A DNA stretch of 62,982 nt, the filler included, from Thraustochytrium aureum (taxonomy: Eukaryota), in NCBI GenBank assembly GCA_012862495.1. It is 10 parts of 5 records of this genome, joined end to end, with 100 filler letters (N's around TTAATTAATTAA, not from the genome) between each part and the next. Parts side by side here need not be neighbours in the genome. Positions count along the whole stretch, not along the records: positions 1 to 9,048 come from BLSG01000204.1; positions 9,149 to 20,004 come from BLSG01000204.1; 8 more parts are not named here. One strand, given 5' to 3'. Positions 1-11,573 of the stretch are shown one piece after another. The translations under genes were made by a program, and so were the position numbers. The notes beneath the pieces are model-generated. The model was not told the DNA's origin, did not search any database, and saw only the letters and a program-made list of their open reading frames with translations. Every line of letters begins with the position of its first letter. Position 1 is the first letter of the stretch.

Positions 1-26
1 TGCCTGCCTGCCTGCCTGCCTGCCTG
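1..26. repeat. (TGCC)n microsatellite upstream of the first gene
   Basis: Sequence reads tgcctgcctgcctgcctgcctgcctg. Confidence 0.9.
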
Positions 27-136
27 TCGCGCGGCGCCAGATGCGTTTGATGATCATCTGCATGCTTGCTTGCCACCAGAGCCCGAAAGCGAACGAAGGC
101 CGTCGTCCGTCCAGGACCTCGGGGAGGTGACGATCA

Positions 137-1473
137 TTGGACTCTGTGGCTGGGACCTGCGCGGCGTTCGAAAGCGCGCACTGCGGCCCGAGGCCCAGTG
201 GGCGACGGACGTGCTCGTGCGGGATGAGCGCCTGCGGCGAGCTGTGCGGCACGGCGAGGTGGTTTGGCGTCGCGGGGACTTGCAACGAGACGACCGGACT
301 GTGCGAATGCCCGGATGGGTACTCTGGGCTGGATGACTGGAGCGTTGCGAATGACTGCCACGTGCCCGAACTGCCGCAGACGATCATGTGGATCGCGCAG
401 CTGCTGATGCACATGCTTGCTTTGTGCTGTGCTCGTACGGGCTTGTATACTTGTGTAGGCACTGGAACTTTGTCGGGGAGATCCGCCCCGTCTCTCTGAA
501 GCGCCGCATTTCGCGGGTCTCCGTCGGCCAGAGCAGCGGCAGCTCGCAGCCGTCGCGGAGCTTTTTCCGCAAGCCGCGCGGGAGCCACCACAGCGGGGTT
601 TCGGGCGCCATGGAGCAGCAAGAGTGGAAGCGGCAGCGCGACACGCTGTTCGCGCTGGCTCTCCTGGTCGTGTATGTGGCCTCGGGGATCGGCTACGTGC
701 TCCCGTTCCTGCTGGGCATCTACCGTTTCGAGCACAACTGGTACCAAGACCTGGGGGTCGCCGTGGCAGCGCCCGCCATCCTGGTCGGCTTGTGGGCCGT
801 GTGCTACATCTGGTATCGCACGCTGCCGAGCCTGCGCCTTTACGGTCAACTGTTCAACATCAGGAGCGTGCTGATCCGGTACCCAAACCTGGTGCGCTCT
901 GTCACGGCCGTGAACGGCACGCTCATTCTGACGGCCAGCATCGGCCTCCTGTTCGTGGTGCCGCGGCTCACCGAGGACGAGGAGGTGCGCAAGCGCTGCA
1001 GCCAGGCCTTTCTTGTCGTCGGCCTGGGGTTTCTGGTCAACTTTTTCATCTTCTTCACAGCGCTGCTGCTGTTCCTGCGGTCGATCTTTTACCAGCTCAT
1101 CCGGCTCAGCGAGTCCACGAACACAGCGCTAGACAACTCGAGCATCAACTCGTCGATTACCGCGGTCACCATTATGCTGGCGGCGGACGTCGTGTTTGCG
1201 CCAGTCGCGGCTGGCCTCTTTGCTGTGATGGCGTTTACCGAGCTGGGCCGGAACAACATGTGGCTCTTCATCAACACGGTTGCGATCATCGGCGACTTTG
1301 CAGCCATCGTTGCCTTTTACGTGCTCGTGCGCAAGCTCGCCGGGCCGCGCGTGCGCGCCCGCTCTGGCTGGGATGAGACGTCGTTCGCGAGCAGCGCCGG
1401 CTCGCGGCGCAAGGACACGTTGGAAGCGCCGCCCAGCCCGGTCTTTGGCACGCTCGCCGCTCCGGCCGAGTAG
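137..1473 (+). CDS. Multi-pass (about 7 TM) membrane protein with N-terminal EGF-like Cys-rich domain; one frameshift near 421
   Basis: ORF 137-499 has the EGF-like GTCNETTGLCECPDGYSG..C. Adding one T to the T-run at 421-423 joins it to ORF 388-1473 (LLMHMLAFVLCSYGLVY), which has about 7 hydrophobic helices. The start codon is uncertain. Confidence 0.7.
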
Positions 1474-2300
1474 TGTGCGCGACCACCTGCCGTACTCCTG
1501 ACGAATGCAATGCACAGATAGCTTGATTGAATTGATTAGAAAATTGAAATAGATCAAATGTTGCCGCTGGCGGTCGGGGCTCGCTCGTGCCTTCGCATCC
1601 TGGATCCGCNNNNNNNNNNNNNNNNNNNNNNNNNNNNNNNNNNNNNNNNNNNNNNNNNNNNNNNNNNNNNNNNNNNNNNNNNNNNNNNNNNNNNNNNNNN
1701 NNNNNNNNNNNNNNNNNNNNNNNNNNNNNNNNNNNNNNNNNNNNNNNNNNNNNNNNNNNNNNNNNNNNNNNNNNNNNNNNNNNNNNNNNNNNNNNNNNNN
1801 NNNNNNNNNNNNNNNNNNNNNNNNNNNNNNNNNNNNNNNNNNNNNNNNNNNNNNNNNNNNNNNNNNNNNNNNNNNNNNNNNNNNNNNNNNNNNNNNNNNN
1901 NNNNNNNNNNNNNNNNNNNNNNNNNNNNNNNNNNNNNNNNNNNNNNNNNNNNNNNNNNNNNNNNNNNNNNNNNNNNNNNNNNNNNNNNNNNNNNNNNNNN
2001 NNNNNNNNNNNNNNNNNNNNNNNNNNNNNNNNNNNNNNNNNNNNNNNNNNNNNNNNNNNNNNNNNNNNNNNNNNNNNNNNNNNNNNNNNNNNNNNNNNNN
2101 NNNNNNNNNNNNNNNNNNNNNNNGAGTGGACATTCAGCAGGGTTGTCACGTGCGTACGTGCGTCTCGCGTCAGCACCGCAAGTTGCACGATGTTTTGTCA
2201 CGGGCCACTGTCGTCATAGATAGGTAGGAGTCATCGTTTTTATCACGCACCATCATCATCTAGTAGTTCAGCAAGACCACCACACGCCATCGAGGCGCGG

Positions 2301-3615
2301 TCAAAAGGCGAGCTCCTCAAGGCGGCGCTCGATGGCGAGGCGGTCCTGGATCATGTTGAGCTTGGGCCACGCCATCTGCTGGCCCACGCGCAAGTAGCGG
2401 CGCATCTTGGCCGGCGTGTTGGGGTCCGCGACGAGGTTGACGTAGCTGCTGAGCATTATCGGGGGCACGAGCGTGCAGGCGCCCCGCGTGCGCCCCAAAA
2501 AGATCGAGCTCATGTCGGTCTCCATAATCTTGGGCATCAAGCTGAAATCCCGCACGAGCTCGAGCCACTTTTTCAAGTCGAGCTTGAGCAGGCGCTCCGT
2601 GTACGAGAGCAGAAACCCGCCGCGCCACCCCTTGCCGCCACGGTGCGCAACGCTCTTGCCCGCCGCGCCGCGGTTGTCGTAAAAGAACGGCGAGATGTGC
2701 GGCTCTACCTGGCTAACGATAGGGAACGTCACGTTGAAGAGCTGGCGGAGCGCCTCGAACGGCAGCTCGTTCTCGAAAGAGCCGTCGCGCCAAAACTTGC
2801 CCATGCTGTGGTAGGCCGTGACGTTGCCCCGCGCGTCCTTGCGAAGGAGCTCTATGGCTGGCAGTAGTTTGGGCAGCGCCGAGCTCGCGAGAACGGCAGA
2901 GTAAATGACGATCTGCGGCGCCGTCTTGTAGTTGAGGCAGCGCGTGTGCGCCTTGCCCTTCGGGTCGATGTTGTACACCGTGATCGTGAACGAGCGCCCC
3001 GTCTTGTCAAAGGCCTCCTGGAACGTCATGGTGCCGCACACCTTGCTGACCATCTTGTCCACCCAGTCGTCCACATCGAACAACGTCCCGTGCTCGACCA
3101 TGTGCCGGAACATCCCGCTGTACCCTGCCGAGCAAGGGTCAAACACCTTGTAGAGCGTCTCGGGGCGCAGGTCTTCACGCAGCTCGTCGTCCGTGCGCGT
3201 GCAAACAAACGAGCCCACCAAGGCCCCGCCCGAGGCGCCCGTCACGTGGCGCGGCAGCGCGTTGCGCTCTAGCAGCGTCTTGACCACCCCCAGGTGATAG
3301 TACGCGTTCGCAGCGCCGCCGCTCAAGCACAAAGCAGTCTCCCCGTACGCGTGTGCAAGCTCGGAGAAGAAACGTGCCTTGCTCTGCATGAACGTGGCCT
3401 GCAGGACCTGGTCGCGCGTCGGCGGGGCCTGGCTGCTCGAGCGCTGGGCCAGCCTCGGCGAGGGCGACGGCGCCCTGGACAGCAGCCGCGCCGCTTCGCT
3501 GCCCGTGTTCTCCGGGGGCGCGAGGGCGGCTTGCTCAGCTCGGCCGGCGACGCGTCCACGAGGACCTGCTGCTCGCTCGTTGGGCCCAACATCGAGCTGG
3601 ATCGGTGCGCGGCTC
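2301..3615 (-). CDS. Patatin-domain triacylglycerol lipase (SDP1/TGL3-4 family), 5' end in gap
   Basis: G.TALCLSGGAANAYYHLGVVK glycine-rich loop, GASGG nucleophile elbow, LNY.TAP..VIYSAV.AS.A and WRDGS catalytic Asp motif. Confidence 0.92.
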
Positions 3616-6221
3616 NNNNNNNNNNNNNNNNNNNNNNNNNNNNNNNNNNNNNNNNNNNNNNNNNNNNNNNNNNNNNNNNNNNNNNNNNNNNNNNNNNNNN
3701 NNNNNNNNNNNNNNNNNNNNNNNNNNNNNNNNNNNNNNNNNNNNNNNNNNNNNNNNNNNNNNNNNNNNNNNNNNNNNNNNNNNNNNNNNNNNNNNNNNNN
3801 NNNNNNNNNNNNNNNNNNNNNNNNNNNNNNNNNNNNNNNNNNNNNNNNNNNNNNNNNNNNNNNNNNNNNNNNNNNNNNNNNNNNNNNNNNNNNNNNNNNN
3901 NNNNNNNNNNNNNNNNNNNNNNNNNNNNNNNNNNNNNNNNNNNNNNNNNNNNNNNNNNNNNNNNNNNNNNNNNNNNNNNNNNNNNNNNNNNNNNNNNNNN
4001 NNNNNNNNNNNNNNNNNNNNNNNNNNNNNNNNNNNNNNNNNNNNNNNNNNNNNNNNNNNNNNNNNNNNNNNNNNNNNNNNNNNNNNNNNNNNNNNNNNNN
4101 NNNNNNNNNNNNNNNNNNNNNNNNNNNNNNNNNNNNNNNNNNNNNNNNNNNNNNNNNNNNNNNNNNNNNNNNNNNNNNNNNNNNNNNNNNNNNNNNNNNN
4201 NNNNNNNNNNNNNNNNNNNNNNNNNNNNNNNNNNNNNNNNNNNNNNNNNNNNNNNCAATCCAAAAACGCAAACCTCGGCCCGCGCGGCCTCTCTACGGCG
4301 ACGCCTAGCCCGCAAACCGGCGCAGCAACCGCCTTGCGCGCGCAGCCTCGCGCCCGTCCCGTCTCGCGCGAGCCCCACACCTGTCCTCGCCCGCGACACG
4401 GTGTTCTGCTCTGCTGTGCTCTGCTTTTTCTCCACAGTATTCGGAGTATACCTTCTTCTGCTCAGCAGGTACATGGAGCCCGCGCGCCGCCACGCAAAGT
4501 CTCTGCGATTATATAAGCGCTACCGCTACGTTATGTGCGGATAAGTACTGCTAAATCATGACGGAGAGGTGTTGCCGGACTTCACACAGTTCCGCCTGCC
4601 GCACGGCGGCCGCGACGTCCGCTTGAGGAACGAGGAAGCGTCAGATAAAGAACGAGGTGGGGCGGGCGACGGGATTTGCGCGGGGATTTCTGCGCGGTTC
4701 GGGGTTGGCGAGGAACATTACCGCCGAACGACGCTGCACTGCGACGTCGCCCGCGCGCCTGCGCCTATCGACATATTGACTTTCAATTGTTTATTNNNNN
4801 NNNNNNNNNNNNNNNNNNNNNNNNNNNNNNNNNNNNNNNNNNNNNNNNNNNNNNNNNNNNNNNNNNNNNNNNNNNNNNNNNNNNNNNNNNNNNNNNNNNN
4901 NNNNNNNNNNNNNNNNNNNNNNNNNNNNNNNNNNNNNNNNNNNNNNNNNNNNNNNNNNNNNNNNNNNNNNNNNNNNNNNNNNNNNNNNNNNNNNNNNNNN
5001 NNNNNNNNNNNNNNNNNNNNNNNNNNNNNNNNNNNNNNNNNNNNNNNNNNNNNNNNNNNNNNNNNNNNNNNNNNNNNNNNNNNNNNNNNNNNNNNNNNNN
5101 NNNNNNNNNNNNNNNNNNNNNNNNNNNNNNNNNNCATCATAAGGTACGCTGTAGTCTTGATTAAATATTGAATTTCACTAAATGTCAATAGGCTGTCAAT
5201 AGGCAAGTACGTGGTATGTGCTCTTTCAAGAAAGCGCGCAAGTCGAGTACTTGTAGTAATCAGTACCGGTAATGGCTTCTTCAAGTTCGCCTCGGACCAG
5301 CCTGTGGAGGAGAGTATGGCGCAGAAAGGGCGACACGGCTGCCTCTGCATGAGAGCTGTCGCGGGAAGCCTGCCTGGCGCTTGCTGGACAACAGGCGATG
5401 GGCGGGAACCTGTGCGGGCGGAAACCGACTACAACTCCTACTACATGCGAAATACAAATACAAAAAAAAATGCGTGGCACAGCGAGACGCTCTTGGTGGT
5501 TGGCAGGTACTGCCTCTGGTCCGGCAGCGCCCGGGCCGTTTCATTCATCATTTGGATGTCCCGCCTCCTGTCCGTTTCAGCGGTAACGTCTCAAAAAAAC
5601 ATAAAGGACCCCTACCGGTACATCAATTCGCAAGCCTGCCACTCAGCGCCAGCTTGTCACATTTTATCAGCAGCATGTCGTGCAGGATGCGTACCACCCA
5701 GCAAGGGCCAAGTCTGATCGAGGGGCTGGCCGTTCGTCATCCCTCCCGAGGGCCCGAGGGCCGTTGGGTCTGAGGGAGATGAAAAAGGCCCTGTTCAAAG
5801 ATTTGAGAACGAGACGGTTTCGCGCTGCTGCACAGAGCCCGACCGTTTCATTTCGTTCACGCACTTACGTACCCTGGGCCAACCAGCGCTTTCTTCGTTT
5901 TATCTGCCTGTTGACACAAAGAACAGGCTCAGCCAGGGCTCAGCCAGGGCAAGCATCTTCGTATTCGTTGAGCTGGATTCCATGTCGCAGCGGCGCGTTC
6001 GAGTCCATGAGGAAACTCTGCGCCGCTCTGACAGGCGCTATTGCGCACTGGACAACGGATAGAGTCAAGCGGTCTCACTTCACTTGTCTCTCCATGTTCA
6101 CTGGAGCGATGGCGCGCAATCAGCGCGTTTCTGAACAAAATTCCGGATCACTGATGCAGAACTACCGCTTGCTGCCGGCTGGACTATTGTCATGAAGCTC
6201 TACTCTCTCTCTAGAGCTCCT

Positions 6222-6243
6222 GCTAGCTAGCTAGCTAGCTAGT
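6222..6243. repeat. (CTAG)n microsatellite within a TpA-rich patch about 150 bp upstream of the GPCR ATG
   Basis: Sequence reads gctagctagctagctagctagt. Confidence 0.85.
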
Positions 6244-6394
6244 AGAGAAAGGCGCTGCTAGGTCGACCTGCGCCCAAGCGCTCCAAGACTCGCGCGCGAC
6301 AGCAGACCCGCAACGAGTCGGAAGACCTCCGGAACATACTCATCTGACACGACTCACTTGCGCGCTCCAGTGAACGTTACACCAAGCAAAGGCC

Positions 6395-8834
6395 ATGCTG
6401 CGCCTCGGGGGAGCCATCCTGGGCTGTGTTGCCGCGAGTATCGCCCATTTCGCGAGCGCGTCGGACAACCTGTTCGCAGAGTCGTGCGCCCTGGACCCGG
6501 CCAAGTGCTGCTTTGCGGAGGACGAATGGCCTAAAGCGGATGGAGCCAGGTTCCGCTGCGAGAAGGACGAAAATGGCACGTTCCCGTGCGCGGTACGCCT
6601 GGGCGCCAACGCTTGGACCGGGTCCTACTTGAACGTTCACCTTGCAACAATCTTCATCGAAGAGTTTCTCGGGTACCCCGTCGAGATCACCCAAGTGCTC
6701 GAACATGACTTTGAGACTGAACTCGGCATGTTCCCGAGGATGGCAAGCGGCGAGGTGGACGCCGTCCTCGAGATCTGGCCTTCCGGCCACCGCGACAACT
6801 ATTTCAAGTACGTCCTCGAAGAGTCGAGCGTTGTCGACGCCGGGAGCTTGGGCGCCACCGGGATCATCGGCTGGTACGTTCCCACGTTTGTTCTTGAAGA
6901 GCACGACCTCGCGCTCGAGTTCTGGCGAACCCTTTTGGATCCGAGCAAGGCAGCGCTCTTTGCCAACCCCAGCGGGAAGGCCATGTGCTGCCCTTCAGAC
7001 ATCTACTCTGAGGAGCGGGACATCTTTCCTTGCATGCCGCAAGCCAGTTTTGGCGGTACGCCAGTGGAACGGGGCGGCATGGCCGACGCGAGCGAGTGCG
7101 ACGCAGACCTGAACCGCACGATCCCATCAACCGGCGGCCGCTTCATCGCCGGCGCAAACGACTGGTTCCAGGTGGACGATCAACTTATTCAAAATCTGGG
7201 ACTAAATCTCACGATCGAGTTTGCGGCCACCGAGGAGAACCTGATCCGCGCTCTGGAAGAGTCTGTCGTGAACCGGGACCCAGTAATTGTTTACTTTTGG
7301 GAGCCTCACGCCCTGTTTCAGCTTCAAAACCTGACGCGAATCGTGCTACCGCGTCACAATCTCGATTGCTGGAAGAGGCTCGGCGACGGCGGCGTCGACT
7401 GCGACTACCCTTACGAGGTCCTCTACAAGGCGTACACCAAGTCCCTGGCGAAAGCCAAGCCGGACGTCGCTCTCCTCCTCTCGGCCTTCCGGTACGACTC
7501 GACAGAGCAGCAGGAAACGATGTTGGCGGTGCACTACAACACTGGCAAGCCGATGCACGAGATTGCCTGCGACTGGGCCAAGGCAAACCGCGCGACCTGG
7601 CATTCCTGGGAGGTCGCTGTGCGATCGCAGTTCACAAACCAGACGTGGCTGGCCGAGACCCTCGAGCCGGTTTTTCGCGGNNNNNNNNNNNNNNNNNNNN
7701 NNNNNNNNNNNNNNNNNNNNNNNNNNNNNNNNNNNNNNNNNNNNNNNNNNNNNNNNNNNNNNNNNNNNNNNNNNCGACGGCAAGCGCGACGTGCTCGAGG
7801 TTTTCAATACGTCGCTTTACGAGTCCGACGGTCTGGTTCGCGTTTTGGCGCCGCCCGATCCGTGTGCCAGCAGGGAGCCCTCGTTGTACCAGTCGAGATG
7901 GAAGGTGGCCCAACTCCCCGTCACGATCGTGCGCGAACTCAGCTGCTCTTACGTTCCGGCGGTGAGCTCGAATGCAAACACGATCCACGCGCTTGTCGTG
8001 TTTGCGCTCATCACCCTCGCCATGTTTGGGCTTGCGCTTGTGGCGTACCGGAAAGAGCCGGCCATCATGGCCGCGCGGCTGCCGACCATGGGGCTTTTTT
8101 TGCTTGGGGCCGTCATGCTAAATGCTTCCAGCATTTTCGCAATTGGCGAGCCCACCGCCGTCAAGTGCGCCCTGCGGGTCTCTTTCCTCATCTATGGGTT
8201 TTTCTACTTTGCGGGCTCGCTCCTCATCAAGCAATTCATCATCACGCAGCTCATGCGCGTAAAGTACCGCATGGGCAAGCGCAGCACGAAGAAGAGGACA
8301 GTCTTGCTGCGGTTCTCTGGTTCATTCCTCACCGCGTTCGGGTCGTTCTGGTTTGGGCTCTGGGCCGTTCTGGCCGGGTTTGAGCCTGCCGAGTCACGTG
8401 CGGACGAGACCTACGGAATCACAGAGATGTCGTGCCCCTCCAACGGCAACCTGCTCCTCGTGGTGCTCTTTGTTGCATTCATGGCCATGGCCGTGTCCTG
8501 CGTCCTTGCTCAGCAGACGCGCAACTTTTCGGGTTTGATCTTTGGCGAGGCCAAGTTCATGTTCTTCAGCAACTACAACGCGGCGATGGCGACCACTTTT
8601 GCGCTCGCGATCTCGATGCTCGACGGCCTCACAATCGCGGACAAGACGGTCTTTGTAGCTGGTTGCGTTTCGTTCTCAACTATTCTCACCGCTGCACTGA
8701 TTGCCGGGTCGCGCGTGTATGCGGCGTACGCCAAGCTGACGACGGCTATTGGATCAGAGGCTGGCAAGCCGAGGGGCAACGCCACAACAACCGCTGTCAC
8801 TCCTGTCGCGGGCAAAACGCCGAGCGGCCCCTAG
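6395..8834 (+). CDS. Class C-like GPCR: signal peptide + OpuAC/ProX glycine-betaine-binding domain + 7tm_3 domain (spans gap 7681-7774)
   Basis: N-terminal signal peptide. PBP2 motifs AWTGSYLN..LA.I.IEE.LGYPVE, MASGEVDAVLEIW, GWYVP and VYFWEPH. After the gap come 7 hydrophobic helices with class-C-like KEPAIMAA, C.LR and GEAKFMFFSNYN. Confidence 0.8.
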
Positions 8835-9048
8835 GGCACGTCGGGCGAGCCCCGTTCACAAGGCATTGTCGAGTCCAAGGCAAATCCAGAGCAGAAGGGT
8901 TCGCTCGCGGGTCGAGCGGGGCCAAGTCAAGCGGGTCGAGACAAGCGCATCGAGCGGGGCCGGGACAAGTGCGCCTCGCGCGAACGTGTTTCCAAGAGAG
9001 CTGGCGCACGTGCGCATTGATCATCAAGAAAGAAAAAAACATCTTGGG

Positions 9049-9148
9049 NNNNNNNNNNNNNNNNNNNNNNNNNNNNNNNNNNNNNNNNNNNNTTAATTAA
9101 TTAANNNNNNNNNNNNNNNNNNNNNNNNNNNNNNNNNNNNNNNNNNNN
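9049..9148. other. Artificial scaffold-joining spacer
   Basis: 44 N + TTAATTAATTAA (stop in all six frames) + 44 N. Confidence 0.97.
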
Positions 9149-10780
9149 AAAAAACGAAAAAAAAACATAACATCAAAAATGAAACAGAGAGGAGCCTGAG
9201 GGAAGTAGCGCAGGAAGGTACTCGGCGCTGGCCTGAAAGAACGGCCCCTCAGTGGGGCGAGCGTGCGAGAGGGCCGCTGTTTCCTCCCCTGGTACGTTTT
9301 ATTTTTCGTTCGGTTTTCGCCCTCGGTGTAGAGGGGCAAGGACGAACTTTGAAAGTAGGAACGGGATTGTTTTGGACTGGAGAGCCGTGATAGAGTGAGG
9401 AGGAGAGAGGGTGAGAGAGGTGTGCTGCTTGGGAGGGAAGGGAAGGAACCGCCAGGGTTGTCGTCAGCAGAATCCCCTCACAACCCTAGGCGATCCCGAT
9501 TGCTTTTCACGTTCCCTCTGACACCGCGGCCAAGAGCCAGCGGGATCGCCTAGGGTTGTGAGGCGCCCGTACAACCCTGCCGTGCGGCAAATGCACGACC
9601 GTGAGGCGCGCAAGTCAGCCGCTGAGAGAGCGAGCGCGCGATTCCTTGCGCCTGTTCCTCTCTGCGTAGGTAGGTGGGTGTACACCACTGCCCTCTGCGC
9701 GGTCTGTGAGGGAACGTCGTTCTTGAATGAGCTCTGCTGCCGATCAACGAGGGGAAGTACTACGCACTCGACCACGCGCCCTCACAGAAGAATTGAACGT
9801 ATCGGGGTCGAACATGGCCCTCCCCTTGCATGTAGGCCTAGGTATGTTACTCCTTACTCCTGCGTAACAAGTTGCGCTGCTATTTGCACCTGTCTTGTAC
9901 AGTACTCTACCTGCATGTACTCGCTCTGGACAATCATCCTCCTTGCTCGCTTGGCGACGGCTTCGTGGAAAGACTCGCAGGCTGAGGCAGGCAGGCAGGC
10001 AGGCAGGCGGGCGGGCGCGGGCGGACCGAAGACCAGCAGCCGCTCGCCAGCAACGAAACGAGTTGGGCTTGAAGAAATGTGAATCTACCAGTCCGTTTTC
10101 AGACGGGTTCACATTCTTGCCGGTGGCGCAGCCCGCACATCGACCCCGCCCGCCGGGGGTTTCTCGGGCTCTGCGTGGGCTGCGGCGGCCCAGGAGCAAC
10201 GCCGATGTATCGCGTGGAGGTACTGCGCTTGTCCGCTCTCCAACCGGTCAACCTGTTTCATGCTCTGCGACGGACGGGTTCACGGGTTCACGGGGCGCTC
10301 GGGTCGCGTTGCATTGGCTCGCAGATGTACTTCGTCAGGTAGGACTACTAGTAGTAAGGCGGCACGCTGCTCCACAGAGCCATCAGAGTATGCGGCGAGC
10401 ACGTGGCAGATCTCCCGACCGGCTTCGAGCAACCTGCGCCACAAATGCATTGCAACCGACTTGACCAACTTGATTTCAATCATTTCATCCATTGAAGGCC
10501 GTCGCGCCCAAGGCCGTCGCGCCCAAGCTTCTTGTTCTTGATTGGATCAATCAAGTTGCTGTTTTGTGTTGGAGAAGTCCACGCCAGTGCGTCGACGGCG
10601 ACGGAATGCCAGGAGAACAGCGAAGTGCCGCGTCCAGCACTCTGTTCGCGCTGCGGCGAAGATCAGCATCGATGAACGACGGGCATGCGACTCGCCCGCT
10701 CGGCCCCGCGCGCAGGCCGCGAACGAGCTCTCGCTTTCTTTTGAAAGATTAGCAGCTGATTGTCTTGCGGCGCCAGGACG

Positions 10781-11103
10781 ATGACCGGCCAAGCGCACCT
10801 TTCGTTCGCGATGGGCGGCGTCTTGCTCGCGGGCGGAGCGATGGGCTACGTGAAAGGCAAGAGCGTGCCGAGCCTCGTGGCAGGCTGCTGCTTCGGGACG
10901 GGTACCTGATCTCCGGCTGGCTCATCAAGGAGGATGACCCCAAGCTGGGCCACTTGCTGGGCTTCGGCCTCTCGAGCACGCTGGCGAGCGGCATGGGGTT
11001 TCGGGCGTACAAGAGCGGCGGCAAGCCTGTGCCGACAGCCGTGGCCACTCTCGGTGGGCTCACGGCTGTCTACTTTGGTGTCAAGGCCAAGGAGTGGGCG
11101 TGA
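10781..11103 (+). CDS. TMEM14/FAX family small membrane protein; frameshift near 10901
   Basis: ATG at 10781 gives MTGQAHLSFAMGGVLLAGGAMGYVKGKSVPSLVAGCCFG, the TMEM14 signature GG.MGY.K..S..SL.AG. Adding one G joins YLISGWLI...LASGMGFRAYKSGGK. Confidence 0.88.
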
Positions 11104-11573
11104 GTCGCTCGCCGCATCTCGGGCGTCCGAGGGAGCGGCCAGGTGCGGCAGCGCGCACGAGCNNNNNNNNNNNNNNNNNNNNNNNNNNNNNNNNNNNNNN
11201 NNNNNNNNNNNNNNNNNNNNNNNNNNNNNNNNNNNNNNNNNNNNNNNNNNNNNNNNNNNNNNNNNNNNNNNNNNNNNNNNNNNNNNNNNNNNNNNNNNNN
11301 NNNNNNNNNNNNNNNNNNNNNNNNNNNNNNNNNNNNNNNNNNNNNNNNNNNNNNNNNNNNNNNNNNNNNNNNNNNNNNNNNNNNNNNNNNNNNNNNNNNN
11401 NNNNNNNNNNNNNNNNNNNNNNNNNNNNNNNNNNNNNNNNNNNNNNNNNNNNNNNNNNNNNNNNNNNNGCTTTCCATCTTTCCATCTTTCCTTCTTTCGC
11501 TTTTGATCTTGATCAAATCAAACGAGGGTTGGCTGAGGCTCCTCACTCCGTTGCTGTCCGCCAAGCGCGTGGG

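Noticed and set aside
5135..6195. Lower-GC stretch with short ORFs (possible decayed gene or transposon)
   Set aside because: No recognisable domain, terminal repeat or consistent codon bias.
9093..9104. TTAATTAATTAA palindrome recurring nine times (piggyBac TTAA site or regulatory element?)
   Set aside because: It is always centred in an exact 44N+12+44N block, so it is an artificial six-frame-stop linker.
10496..10527. 15-bp direct duplications here and at 61684-61711 as target-site duplications
   Set aside because: The copies are adjacent with no element between them, consistent with simple slippage.
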